Below, piece after piece: positions 38,548 to 48,447 of a stretch of DNA of 64,000 nt (position 1 is its first letter; every line of letters starts with the position of its first letter). A program made the position numbers and the translations under genes. Source of the stretch: Treponemataceae bacterium (GTDB taxonomy: Bacteria; Spirochaetota; Spirochaetia; Treponematales; Rectinemataceae); contig CAXXGJ010000002.1 in the NCBI GenBank assembly GCA_963677895.2, forward strand, positions 224,001 through 288,000, in the 5' to 3' direction. The notes beneath the pieces were generated by a model. It worked only from the letters and a program-made list of their open reading frames with translations. It was not told the origin of the DNA and did not search any database.

Positions 38548-39492
38548 TCAGGGTGAAGTTTTTATATCTCTCGGTTTCGCGAAAGCCTGCCATTCCTGGA
38601 AAGGCACGAAGGTGACGGATTGCCGCTTTTCTTCCGCTCTCGCGAGGTAAGTCCAAACCCTGTGGTCGACGACGTCGAAATGCTCCGAAACCTTTTTCGC
38701 TTCGCGGAAAGCCGCGCTCATCGCGTCGTAGAAACCCGGCTGGGCTATCGTTAAGTAAGGTCCGTCCAGCAGCATCAGGAGGGGGCCGCCCTGCTCGAAG
38801 GGAGCCTTCCTGTAGAAGTTGGCCGGCGGAAGAAAGGGCACGGGATCGAAGGCAGCGGTGACGCGCACGACGGGCAGGGACTTGAATGCCAGCCAGCCTT
38901 CGGCGTCGGTCACCTTGGGCGGCCCCGAGGCGACGATTTTTTCGACGTCATATCCCGCCTTCGTCAGGAACATGCCGACAATGATCGATTCCGCGGCCCC
39001 AAGCGAATGGCCGCAGACGACGATGGGAAGATCGCTTCTCAGGTATTGTTTGACATCGTTGAAGACGATCGAGGCGGCGACCTCGAATCCATGGTGCAGC
39101 ATGATCCCGAGCTCAGGGCTTCTTTGTTTCCAGGTTTCCACGTCGAGCAGCGCGTTCATGAGATTCGCCGTCCCCCGGATCGCGATGATCTGCCTGCGCC
39201 GGAGCGGATCCACCGCGTACGCGTAACGGTTTTCGCTTCTCTCCAGCTCCCTCAAGGTCAGCTTCTCCAGCCTCGAATCCCAATCCGCAAGTATCTTCGA
39301 ACTTGGGTCGAGGCGGACGGAGCGCTGGAAGCTCAATAGTTCGATGAGCTCGTCGGTGGTGACGTCGAAGCCCGAACCTTTCAAGTCCTGATCGTTCGAG
39401 ACGTTGGGCGCCTCAGCCACCGAAATCGAGACAAGCGCGAAGAAGAAAATCAGAACCGTCGAAAAGACGAATAGTCCGCGTCGGTTGCTCAT
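38548..39492 (-). CDS. Secreted class 3 lipase-family alpha/beta hydrolase
   Basis: Signal peptide; IAIRGT, HHGF, GHSLG, DPVPFLP. Confidence 0.85.
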   Translation of the reverse strand: MSNRRGLFVFSTVLIFFFALVSISVAEAPNVSNDQDLKGSGFDVTTDELIELLSFQRSVRLDPSSKILADWDSRLEKLTLRELERSENRYAYAVDPLRRRQIIAIRGTANLMNALLDVETWKQRSPELGIMLHHGFEVAASIVFNDVKQYLRSDLPIVVCGHSLGAAESIIVGMFLTKAGYDVEKIVASGPPKVTDAEGWLAFKSLPVVRVTAAFDPVPFLPPANFYRKAPFEQGGPLLMLLDGPYLTIAQPGFYDAMSAAFREAKKVSEHFDVVDHRVWTYLARAEEKRQSVTFVPFQEWQAFAKPRDIKTSP

Positions 39493-39529
39493 ATGACAAG
39501 TATCGCACCGATCGCGGGCAACCTCAATA

Positions 39530-40366
39530 TCAGATTTCGAACTGGTCCCCGCAGCGCATGGGCTGAATCCGATCGCCGAGCCTCGTCTTCAGGCGCTCGT
39601 AGGCGACCTGGCCCGTGCAGTGGCCCGCGTAATAGGTCGTGCCGGGAAAGGCCGCGAGATCGTCCGCGAAACGGTCGAGGATGGTGGGGCTCTCGGTCTG
39701 CGTGCCCGGCGCCCGGTAGAGATGCATGCCGGCGAAGACGAGATTCCTGGGGCCGAGCAGGCCCTTTTCCGCGAGACAGCCCATGATGTTCTGCAGGCCA
39801 GTGTGCGAGCAGGAGCTGAAGACGCAGGTAGTGCCCGTTTCGCCTTCGCGGACCACGAGGGCTAGTTCATGGGAAAAGTCGTCGCGTTCGAAGCGCCAGC
39901 CCTTTCTCATGTAGAGATTCGAGCTCGTCGTCAGGTATGCGGAAGTTCTCGGGATATTGACGACGGCTTGGACGCCGGGACTGAGTTCCCTGTCCTCGTC
40001 CAGAAAGGCGATGCCCTCATCGTTCGCGAAAGCCCTGTCCATGCCGACGTTGAAGTACAGAATCCCGAAGGATCGCACGTAGCAGCGTCGCGTCGCCGTT
40101 CTCGCCATGTAGACGGGAGCGCTCGGGTTGACTTCCCTGAAGGCGGCCAGCCCCCCCGAATGGTCGCCGTGCCCGTGGGAGAGAACGGCATAGTCAGCGC
40201 CCGCGACATCGCATCCAAGGAGAGCCGCGTTTTCAAGGAAGAGGCTCCTCTGCCCCGCGTCGAGGAGGATTTTCTTGCCGCCGGTTTCGATGAAAAAAGA
40301 AAGGCCATGTTCAGCCTTTATGGAAGCGTCTTTCGGCGTGTTTTCCACGAGCAGCGTTATTTTCAT
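39530..40366 (-). CDS. MBL-fold metallo-hydrolase
   Basis: MKITLLVEN, EHGLS, LSHGHGDHSGG, CSH, GHCTG; own RBS GGAGG. Confidence 0.88.
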   Translation of the reverse strand: MKITLLVENTPKDASIKAEHGLSFFIETGGKKILLDAGQRSLFLENAALLGCDVAGADYAVLSHGHGDHSGGLAAFREVNPSAPVYMARTATRRCYVRSFGILYFNVGMDRAFANDEGIAFLDEDRELSPGVQAVVNIPRTSAYLTTSSNLYMRKGWRFERDDFSHELALVVREGETGTTCVFSSCSHTGLQNIMGCLAEKGLLGPRNLVFAGMHLYRAPGTQTESPTILDRFADDLAAFPGTTYYAGHCTGQVAYERLKTRLGDRIQPMRCGDQFEI

Positions 40367-40891
40367 GCTTTTCCCTCCGCGCAGGCGACGAGATCCTTTA
40401 TACGCTCTCTCTTGGTGAAATCGACGGGCCGCGAATAGGCGGCGAGCATGCCCTTTTCGTCCGGCGTCTTCTCTATTCTTCCGCGCGAGCTTCAGCTTGA
40501 GCAGGTTCATAAGGAGCTTGTCGGCCAGCCCGAGCTTCAAGTAGTCGAAGCCGCCGCGCAGGTAAAAGAAATGGATACGCTCGCGTTCTTCGGGCGAAAA
40601 ATTGGCGTTGATGACTTCCGCGGGCACATCGGCCCTTGATGGCGTGGCGCCCGTCGCGAAAACGATGACGCGTTTGCCCTCCAGCCGCGCGAAGTTCTTC
40701 TTGAGCGCCTTGACGCCCCGTATCCCCACGGCATGGAGGCTGCCGCCGTAGATTATCGTGTCGTAGTTTTGAAGCGTTTCTGGTCGCAGTCTTCGCGCCT
40801 CGACGAGATCGGCGCTCAAGTCCTGGGCGATCCACTCGGCGTATTTTTTCGTGAAACCGGTGGTCGAAGTATAGATGACGATGGCTCTCAT
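40363..40891 (-). pseudogene. Flavodoxin-domain (HemG-like) protein, frameshifted near 40477
   Basis: YTSTTGFTKKYAEWIA..FFYLRGGFDY; the plausible native C-terminus TPDEKGMLAAYSRPVDFTKRERIKDLV..* is in another frame and ends in an ATGA overlap with the MBL gene. Confidence 0.75.
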
Positions 40892-41709
40892 CGCGCGTTC
40901 TCGCCATGGGCGCCGGCGGGCGAACGCAGCGCCAGCAGCGTATCGGCAATCTCGGCGAAGCCCGCCCCGCATTCCTTCGTCGCGACGAAGGCTGGCAAGG
41001 ATCGCATAAGCTCCCGATATCGGCTAACGTTTGCCACGCCGCAGGCCAGGGGAAAATGAGCGAACATGGGCTCGTCGTTGGGCGAATCACCGACGAAGAC
41101 GACGCTCGATCGATCGCGCGCATCGTCATAACCGAAACGCGCGGTCAAGTAGCGGATCGCCATAGACAGTTTGTCGTAATCGCCCATCCATGCGTTGACG
41201 TGGATGGAGCTCACCTTGGCCTTCGCGCCTTCCTCGTCGCATATCGTTTTTATTTTCAGCGCGTCGGAGAGGGGAAGCACAGGTTCCTCCTCGGCGAAAT
41301 CGATGGCAATGTCATAGAGCCGGGCGAACTGGTCGCGGGCCGGCCGGCATCCCGGGACTTCGGCCATCGCGCGCGCCATCACCCGGGAAAGGGCGGGCGC
41401 GTCGTTTTTCACGGCGCTGGGGTGGGTGATGGCGCGGAGGTGCCGCCCCTCCGGCTCCTCCCAAAACACGAAAGCCCCGTTTTCGCCCACGACGCCGTCC
41501 ACCGGCCATTCGCGCGCGATGAGATCGCACCAGCCGGCCGGCCGGCCCGTTATGGGCAGCACCACAAGCCCGGCGCCCTTGAGTTTCCATAGCGCCGCGT
41601 AGCTTTCCGCCGTCAGTTTGCCTTGGGTCGTGAGCGTATCGTCTATATCCATGAGGACAAAGCGAACGGCGCGCGCCTCGGCCGCCGTCATGTCTTGTAT
41701 CGTTCGCAT
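40888..41709 (-). CDS. HAD-IIB family hydrolase
   Basis: [25 protein letters not shown]. Confidence 0.88.
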   Translation of the reverse strand: MRTIQDMTAAEARAVRFVLMDIDDTLTTQGKLTAESYAALWKLKGAGLVVLPITGRPAGWCDLIAREWPVDGVVGENGAFVFWEEPEGRHLRAITHPSAVKNDAPALSRVMARAMAEVPGCRPARDQFARLYDIAIDFAEEEPVLPLSDALKIKTICDEEGAKAKVSSIHVNAWMGDYDKLSMAIRYLTARFGYDDARDRSSVVFVGDSPNDEPMFAHFPLACGVANVSRYRELMRSLPAFVATKECGAGFAEIADTLLALRSPAGAHGENAR

Positions 41710-41825
41710 GGCCGCAAGCCTATCACTTTTCCCGCGCCGAATTCCATATGTCCGATGCCCGCGAAAATCCGCGGAAAGCGGAATTCTGTGGCGCTCGCGG
41801 GCTTTTTTGGATACAATGCGTTTAT

Positions 41826-43367
41826 ATGGCCAAAATGAAAGCACCCACTCCCGATGAACCGATAGAAAAACAGCTTTGGAAAGCGGCCGACAAGCTCCGC
41901 AAGAACATAGACGCCGCCGAGTACAAACATGTCGTCCTCGGCCTCATTTTCCTCAAATACATATCTGCGGCGTTCGAACGACTCCGCGCCACCCTCGTCG
42001 CGGGCCAAGGCGATTACGCGGGCGCCGATCCCGAGGACAGGGACGAGTACAAGGCCGAAAATGTCTTCTTCGTGCCCGAAGCCGCCCGCTGGTCCACACT
42101 CCAGGCCAACGCCAGGATTCCCACTGTCGGCAAGCTCGTGGATGACGCCATGGAAGCCCTGGAGAAGGATAATCCCTCCCTCAAGGACGTCCTGCCCAAA
42201 GTCTATGCCCGAGGTAATCTCGACGCCGCCAACCTGGGCGGCCTTATCGATCTCATCTCCAATATCGACTTCGGCGCCGCCAAAGAGCGGAGCGCCGACC
42301 TCTTGGGTCACGTTTTTGAATACTTCCTGGGTGAATTCGCCCTCGCGGAGGGCAAGAAGGGCGGCCAGTTCTACACGCCCCGCAGCGTCGTCGAACTCCT
42401 GGTCGAAATGCTCGAACCATACAAAGGCCGTGTTTTCGACCCCTGCTGCGGTTCGGGCGGCATGTTCGTGCAGTCTGAAAAATTTGTTCAGGCCCGACAG
42501 GGGCGGGTGGACGATATCTCCGTCTACGGCCAGGAATCGAACCTCACCACCTGGCGCCTTTGCAAGATGAACCTCGCCATACGCGGAATCGACAGCTCAC
42601 AAGTGAAGTGGAACAACGAAGGTTCCTTCCTCAACGACCTCCACAAGGATCTCAAAGCCGATTTCGTCATAGCCAATCCGCCCTTCAACGATTCCGACTG
42701 GTCTGGCGAATTGCTGCGAAAAGACGGCCGCTGGAAATTCGGCGCCCCGCCTTCGGGAAACGCCAACTACGCCTGGATCCAGCACTTTCTCCACCACCTC
42801 AAACCGGCAGGCACCGCCGGCTTCGTCCTCGCCAAGGGCTCCCTCACTTCCAAAAGTTCAGGCGAAGGCGAAATCCGCAAAGCGATTGTAGAAGCCCGCC
42901 TCGTCGACTGTATCGTCAACCTTCCGGCCAAGCTCTTTCTCAATACACAGATACCGGCCTGCCTCTGGTTCCTCTCGCGCGACAAGGCGGGCGCAGGCCA
43001 TCGCAACCGCGCCGAAGAAGTCCTCTTCATCGACGCCAGAAACGAAGGCCACCTCATCAACCGCCGCAGCAAGGAATTCGCGGCCGAAGACATCGAAAAA
43101 GTCGCCGGCGCCTACCGCGCATGGCGCGCCGGCGAAGGCTACGAGGACGTCAAAGGCTTCTGCGCCTCAGTCCCATTGAGCCGCGTGCGCGAACTCGACT
43201 ACGTCCTCACCCCCGGCCGCTACGTCGGTCTTCCCGACGAAGAGGACGACTTTGATTTCAAAGAACGCTTTACGCGTCTGAAAGCCGAGTTTGAAGACCA
43301 GCTTGCCGAGGAAGAGCGACTCAACAGAGCGATTTTGGAAAATCTGAACAAGGTAAAACTGCCATGA
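41826..43367 (+). CDS. hsdM: Type I R-M methyltransferase subunit
   Basis: [28 protein letters not shown]. Confidence 0.96.
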   Translation: MAKMKAPTPDEPIEKQLWKAADKLRKNIDAAEYKHVVLGLIFLKYISAAFERLRATLVAGQGDYAGADPEDRDEYKAENVFFVPEAARWSTLQANARIPTVGKLVDDAMEALEKDNPSLKDVLPKVYARGNLDAANLGGLIDLISNIDFGAAKERSADLLGHVFEYFLGEFALAEGKKGGQFYTPRSVVELLVEMLEPYKGRVFDPCCGSGGMFVQSEKFVQARQGRVDDISVYGQESNLTTWRLCKMNLAIRGIDSSQVKWNNEGSFLNDLHKDLKADFVIANPPFNDSDWSGELLRKDGRWKFGAPPSGNANYAWIQHFLHHLKPAGTAGFVLAKGSLTSKSSGEGEIRKAIVEARLVDCIVNLPAKLFLNTQIPACLWFLSRDKAGAGHRNRAEEVLFIDARNEGHLINRRSKEFAAEDIEKVAGAYRAWRAGEGYEDVKGFCASVPLSRVRELDYVLTPGRYVGLPDEEDDFDFKERFTRLKAEFEDQLAEEERLNRAILENLNKVKLP

Positions 43368-44242
43368 GTGAAATTATAGCAATGCAGGAGATACAAAAGT
43401 GCATTTTTACGCTTCGTCAGACTCAGGTGATGATTGACGAGGATATCGCGGCTCTCTATGGCGTCGAAACGCGCGCCTTGAATCAGGCGGTGAAGAGAAA
43501 CAGCCAGCGTTTCCCGCCAGAATTCATGTTCCGGCTTTCGGAATCGGAGATGGAAATCTTGAGATCACAAAGTGTGACCTCAAAGTGGGGTGGTAGAAGA
43601 TATTTGCCTTTCGCCTTTACCGAACAGGGCGTGGCCATGCTGTCAGCCGTTCTTCACAGCGAAACGGCGGTAAAGGTCAGTATTCAGATCATGAGCGCCT
43701 TCGTGGCCATGCGCCGATTCCTGTTGACGAATGCGCAGGTATTCCAACGTCTGGATACTCTAGAGCTGAAGCAAATCCAAACCGATCGTAAAATCGACCA
43801 GGTTCTGGCAGCCATCGAGGATACAAGTATTCAACCAAAGCAGGGTATTTTCTATGATGGACAAGTCTTCGAAGCCTGGCGGTTTGTTTCCGATCTTGTG
43901 AGGTCGGCAAAAAAAACGATAATTCTCATCGACAATTATGTGGATGATTCGGTCTTGTCGCTCTTTTCAAAAAGGAAAAAATCGATCGCCATCACTCTCC
44001 TGACGAAAAGTATTTCCAAACAGCTTGAAATAGACGTAAAGAAATTCAATGAGCAGTATCCACCTATAACGGTTACTCAATTCAATACATCGCATGACCG
44101 CTTCCTGATTATCGATGAGATGGAATTGTATCATTTTGGGGCTTCCCTTAAAGACCTCGGAAAGAAATGGTTCGCGTTCTCGAAACTGGAAATGAAGGCG
44201 ATGGAAGTACTCGAAAACCTCAAAAAGGCGAATCTCATATGA
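43364..44242 (+). CDS. ORF6N (KilA-N-like) DNA-binding protein with C-terminal PLD-like domain
   Basis: [51 protein letters not shown]. Confidence 0.85.
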   Translation: MSEIIAMQEIQKCIFTLRQTQVMIDEDIAALYGVETRALNQAVKRNSQRFPPEFMFRLSESEMEILRSQSVTSKWGGRRYLPFAFTEQGVAMLSAVLHSETAVKVSIQIMSAFVAMRRFLLTNAQVFQRLDTLELKQIQTDRKIDQVLAAIEDTSIQPKQGIFYDGQVFEAWRFVSDLVRSAKKTIILIDNYVDDSVLSLFSKRKKSIAITLLTKSISKQLEIDVKKFNEQYPPITVTQFNTSHDRFLIIDEMELYHFGASLKDLGKKWFAFSKLEMKAMEVLENLKKANLI

Positions 44243-46062
44243 GAGAGTGGTCGGAAACAACACTATCGAGCTGTATACTAACCAATACAACCAGTATCGA
44301 TCAAAAATACTCCTATAAAATCATTAAATACCTCGACACTGGTTCAATTACTTGTAATAGAGTTGACTCTCTACAAGAAATAAAAATTGAAGAAGCACCA
44401 AGTCGAGCAAAAAGGTTAGTTAAGAAAGACGATATAATTTACTCATTGGTAAGGCCTAACCAGCTTCATTATGGATATATTGTTGATCCTTTACCAAATC
44501 TTGTGGTGTCAACGGGTTTTGTAGTAATTGAAAACAATAAGGAAAAAATTAACTCTCGATTTTTATACTATTTTCTTACACAAAATGAAACAACTGAGTA
44601 TCTTCATTCAATCGCTGAAGCCTCAACATCCGCTTATCCCTCGCTAAAACCAAATGACATTGAAGCGCTTGAGATTAATCTTCCCCCTCTTCCCGAACAG
44701 CGCGCTATCGCCGCAGTTCTCTCCGGCCTCGACGACAAGATCGAACTTCTGCGCCGCCAGAACCAAACTTTAGAGGCGATGGCTGAGATACTTTTCAGCC
44801 AGTACTTCGTGGAAGAGGCCGATGAAAAAGCTGTCGGGAAAATTGCAGATTTTGTGGACTTTAATCCTTCGCGTCAACTTGCAAAAGGAACAGCTGCTCC
44901 TTATCTCGAAATGACCAATGTGAGCTCGCAGTTTTTCTGCCCTGCGGAGTGGTATAGCAGAGAATATTCTTCCGGAATGAAGTTTATAAATGGCGATACT
45001 TTACTTGCGCGAATAACGCCCTGCCTTGAAAATGGAAAATCTGCCTTTGTCACCTTCCTTGAAAAAGATCAGGTAGGGTGGGGTTCTACAGAGTTTATCG
45101 TTATGCGTTCTAAAGGAAATCTTCATCCGCTGTTTTCCTATGCATTGGTGCGAAATAGAGATTTTCGCGATTATGCCGAAAGCTGCCTTGCAGGTTCGAG
45201 CGGTCGCCAGCGCATCGAAATTGAACACCTTATGAACTATGAGATAATCATTCCGACAGAGCGAGCAATACTAGAATTCAATCAGCAGATGAGCACGATA
45301 GCGCCAAAGCTTCATAGCAATTTTCTACAAATACGAACATTGGAAAAAATGCGCGATACACTTCTTCCCAAGCTCATGAGCGGCGAAGTACAAGTCAAGG
45401 ATCAAGCGTCACCTCCATCGGCAACAATCAAGACCACAATTTTTGAAAAAGAAAATGCACATAAGACAACAGACGAGTTTATTGAAGCGGTTGCGATTGC
45501 TTATTTAGTACGACTGCTCTCAAGCGAAAAGTTTCCTTTAGGCCGAAAACGTTATAATAAAATGGCTTATTTGGCACATCGAAAATCTGAAAATGATGTT
45601 CGAGACCAGTATCTAAAAAAGGCCGCAGGTCCATACAGCCCTTGGGCTAAATATAAAGGGCCAGAGCGAATAGCCATTCAGAATGGGTATGTGAAAGTTA
45701 TTAATTCCGGAAAGCTTGAAGGGTTTGTAATTGGAATAGATAACTATAAAATTGATAAGTATTTAGAGCACTATTCGATACGTTCTAGTCTGGAATGGGT
45801 TGTTAAAGAATTTCGGTACGCAAAAAACGACTATCTCGAATTGCTAGCTACTGTAGATTTTGCAGCCCTAGATTTACTAGCAGAGAAACAAAAAATTGGT
45901 GTCAACAATATCAAGTCTATTATTTTAAATAATAAAGACTGGGCTCCAAAGCTTACTCGTACAACTTTTTCTGATTTCAACATACAACAAGCGCTCGAAA
46001 AACTTGGAAGCATATTCCCGGCGATGTACAGGAGGTTGCCTCATGACACAAATCCATCCTAA
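44239..46062 (+). CDS. hsdS: Type I R-M specificity subunit with an extra C-terminal domain of about 200 aa
   Basis: Two TRDs; PPLPEQRAIA..LDDKIE central conserved region; RDTLLPKLMSGEV normal end; ORF continues past it. Confidence 0.9.
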   Translation: MREWSETTLSSCILTNTTSIDQKYSYKIIKYLDTGSITCNRVDSLQEIKIEEAPSRAKRLVKKDDIIYSLVRPNQLHYGYIVDPLPNLVVSTGFVVIENNKEKINSRFLYYFLTQNETTEYLHSIAEASTSAYPSLKPNDIEALEINLPPLPEQRAIAAVLSGLDDKIELLRRQNQTLEAMAEILFSQYFVEEADEKAVGKIADFVDFNPSRQLAKGTAAPYLEMTNVSSQFFCPAEWYSREYSSGMKFINGDTLLARITPCLENGKSAFVTFLEKDQVGWGSTEFIVMRSKGNLHPLFSYALVRNRDFRDYAESCLAGSSGRQRIEIEHLMNYEIIIPTERAILEFNQQMSTIAPKLHSNFLQIRTLEKMRDTLLPKLMSGEVQVKDQASPPSATIKTTIFEKENAHKTTDEFIEAVAIAYLVRLLSSEKFPLGRKRYNKMAYLAHRKSENDVRDQYLKKAAGPYSPWAKYKGPERIAIQNGYVKVINSGKLEGFVIGIDNYKIDKYLEHYSIRSSLEWVVKEFRYAKNDYLELLATVDFAALDLLAEKQKIGVNNIKSIILNNKDWAPKLTRTTFSDFNIQQALEKLGSIFPAMYRRLPHDTNPS

Positions 46063-46564
46063 CCTTTTTATCGGCACCGAACACGACTTCGAGCAAAGAG
46101 TCAAGAATCAGCCTGGCTGGTATGTCGTCCACGCATGCAAGGAACCTTACCACCGAAAGCTTTTAGGTTATACGACGCAGGGCGCTCCGAAGAGCCATCC
46201 CGAATACCTTTGGGCGAAGCGCGAAAATAGACTTTACCTCAATTTGGTAGATGTTGCCGATCCCGCGTACATTTCCGACGACATCGTTCGCGCAACGATG
46301 AAATTCATAGATGAAGCCCTCGCTACGGGAAACAAGTGCCTCGTACACTGCAATCTGGGCGAGAGCCGATCGCCAGTCCTCGGTCTTCTCTACATGGCGC
46401 ACCGAGGCCTTATCCCGAACGAGTCTCTCCCAATCGCGGAGTCTGCATTCATGAAGCTATATCCCGGTTATAACCCCAAGGCCGGTATGCGGGGCTTCCT
46501 CTCACAACATTGGGAGGAATACACTGCTCATATGTCATTTCAGGCCAAACAGGAGCTTGCGTGA
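46043..46564 (+). CDS. Dual-specificity (Cys-based) phosphatase family protein
   Basis: LVHCNLGESRS = HCxxGxxR(S); ITQI/PNLFIG-type N-terminus; C-terminal NP..GMRGFL; RBS AGGAGG. Confidence 0.85.
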   Translation: MTQIHPNLFIGTEHDFEQRVKNQPGWYVVHACKEPYHRKLLGYTTQGAPKSHPEYLWAKRENRLYLNLVDVADPAYISDDIVRATMKFIDEALATGNKCLVHCNLGESRSPVLGLLYMAHRGLIPNESLPIAESAFMKLYPGYNPKAGMRGFLSQHWEEYTAHMSFQAKQELA

Positions 46565-48408
46565 GTATGCTTACTCTCACTGACGTGGAATCGCTCGTCG
46601 AGTCCACCGATGTAGAGTGCAAGGCCGCTCGGGGGAAGTCCGGCGAAGGCGCAGTACCCGACAGTTTTTGGGAAACCTATTCGGCGATGGCCAATACGAA
46701 AGGTGGCATCGTCTACCTTGGAATTGAGGAGAAACCCGCAAGCATTTTCCATGTTGTGGGAATCCAGAACGTCGAAAAAATGCTCAAGGCTCTTTGGGAT
46801 ACTTTAAATGCAGGCAACAAGGTCAGCAAAAATATACTCGAACATGATGCCATTACTGTTCAGGAGATCGAGGGGAAAAGAATTATTCAAATAGCGGTTT
46901 CCCGTGCCCGCCGCAAGGATCGACCAATATATATTGGTCAGAATCCTCTTAAAGGTACCTTTGTCCGTCGTCATGAGGGTGACTATCATCTCGATGAAGA
47001 AGAAGTGCGCCGCATGACTGCCGAAGCGGTCGAGGATTCTCGGGACGAAACAGTACTACCAGACTTTAAGGTAGCTGATCTCGATATGGAAACAATTCTG
47101 AGCTATCGTAATAGATTCGCCGCGCTAAAACCAGCAAGCCCTTGGCTTGATTTGCCAGTTGAGGATTTTTTGCTGCGTATTGGTGCCGTACAAAAGAATC
47201 GCTCGACAGGTACAAATGAGGTACGTCGCGCTGGCTTGCTGATGTTCGGAAGATTCGATGCTATTCACGATGTGTATCCCTACTATTTTGTTGATTATCA
47301 GGAAAGATTATCTGCTAAATCCGATGAGCGATGGTCCGATCGCTTGGTTCCTGATGGTGATTGGTCTGGGAATCTATACGACTTCTTTCAGCGGATATAT
47401 CGAAAATTGACCGCCGACGTGAAAATTCCCTTCCGCTTGAGCGGCGCGACCAGGATCGATGATACGCCGATACATGAAGCGCTTCGAGAGACACTCGCAA
47501 ACACGCTCATTCATGCCGATTATACTGGTCGTGTTTCTGTGCTTGTGGAAAAATATCCAGACCGATTCATATTCCGGAACCCGGGACTCATGCGTGTCCC
47601 ACTAGAGCAAGCTCTTGCTGGCGGAATTAGTGATTGTCGGAACCGAAATCTTCAAAACATGTTCCGTTATGTCGGATATGGCGATCATGCGGGATCGGGT
47701 ATCCCAAAGATATTGCACAATTGGCATGAACAGCACTGGCAGGTTCCGTTTCTAACAGAAAACAATGAGCTTGGCTTTACTAAAATTGAACTGCGGATGA
47801 TTAGCCTCTTTCCTGAAGAAACGCATGAACACCTTTTATCGCAGTTTGGATCAAAGTATTCAGAAATGCCCGAACGGGACCGGATTATTCTTGTGACGAC
47901 CGCTCTTGAAGGCATGGTTACTCATAAACGGGTTATGCAACTCAGCAGCGAACATCCTAAAGATATCACCGCAAGGCTTTGCCGGCTTGTGCAAGATGGG
48001 TTCCTGTTGAAAACCGGCGAAACCCGCGCGCGGGTGTATTTCTTGCCAAGCTCCCCAGATAAGGCCTCGAGCTCCCCAGATAAGGCCTCGAGCTCCCCAG
48101 ATAAGGCCTCGAGCTCCCCAGATAGCACAGGTATATCAACGCTGGTTCAAGCTAAAATGGATGCTATTCTGTCTTCCCATGGTTGGCTCCGATTCCCTGG
48201 AAGACTTGCGCCATCAATGATGCGTGGTCTAATTCTCGATCTTTGTACAGGCGAGCCACTTGAGCTGCGGGTGTTGGCTAAGGCCTTGGCAAGGGATCCC
48301 AAAGGCCTGTATGAGGCCTATTTGAATCCAATGATCTCCGAAGGCCTTCTGGAGCTTAAGTATCCCGCGGCACGCAATCATCCTAACCAGGCCTATCGAA
48401 CTAAATAA
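46561..48408 (+). CDS. AlbA_2 (Schlafen-like) + HATPase_c_4 + HTH protein
   Basis: ESTDVECK, SAMANTKGG..LGI, ALRETLANTLIHADY, FRNPG, RN, GSGI; C-terminal HPNQAY. Confidence 0.85.
   Translation: MSMLTLTDVESLVESTDVECKAARGKSGEGAVPDSFWETYSAMANTKGGIVYLGIEEKPASIFHVVGIQNVEKMLKALWDTLNAGNKVSKNILEHDAITVQEIEGKRIIQIAVSRARRKDRPIYIGQNPLKGTFVRRHEGDYHLDEEEVRRMTAEAVEDSRDETVLPDFKVADLDMETILSYRNRFAALKPASPWLDLPVEDFLLRIGAVQKNRSTGTNEVRRAGLLMFGRFDAIHDVYPYYFVDYQERLSAKSDERWSDRLVPDGDWSGNLYDFFQRIYRKLTADVKIPFRLSGATRIDDTPIHEALRETLANTLIHADYTGRVSVLVEKYPDRFIFRNPGLMRVPLEQALAGGISDCRNRNLQNMFRYVGYGDHAGSGIPKILHNWHEQHWQVPFLTENNELGFTKIELRMISLFPEETHEHLLSQFGSKYSEMPERDRIILVTTALEGMVTHKRVMQLSSEHPKDITARLCRLVQDGFLLKTGETRARVYFLPSSPDKASSSPDKASSSPDKASSSPDSTGISTLVQAKMDAILSSHGWLRFPGRLAPSMMRGLILDLCTGEPLELRVLAKALARDPKGLYEAYLNPMISEGLLELKYPAARNHPNQAYRTK
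48049..48124 (+). repeat. Perfect 21-bp tandem repeat, about 3.6 copies (SSPDKAS)
   Basis: AGCTCCCCAGATAAGGCCTCG x3 plus AGCTCCCCAGATA. Confidence 0.95.
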
Positions 48409-48447
48409 GGAAGTAAAAGGTTTCATCGGAAAATAATAGGAAAAAAG

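Noticed and set aside
45400..46564. Canonical DarTG toxin-antitoxin system
   Set aside because: No macrodomain and no DarT-like ADP-ribosyltransferase were recognised; only the C-terminal-like domain is present.
48049..48124. 21-bp repeats as a CRISPR array
   Set aside because: Head-to-tail with no spacers, in frame within a CDS, and no cas genes.
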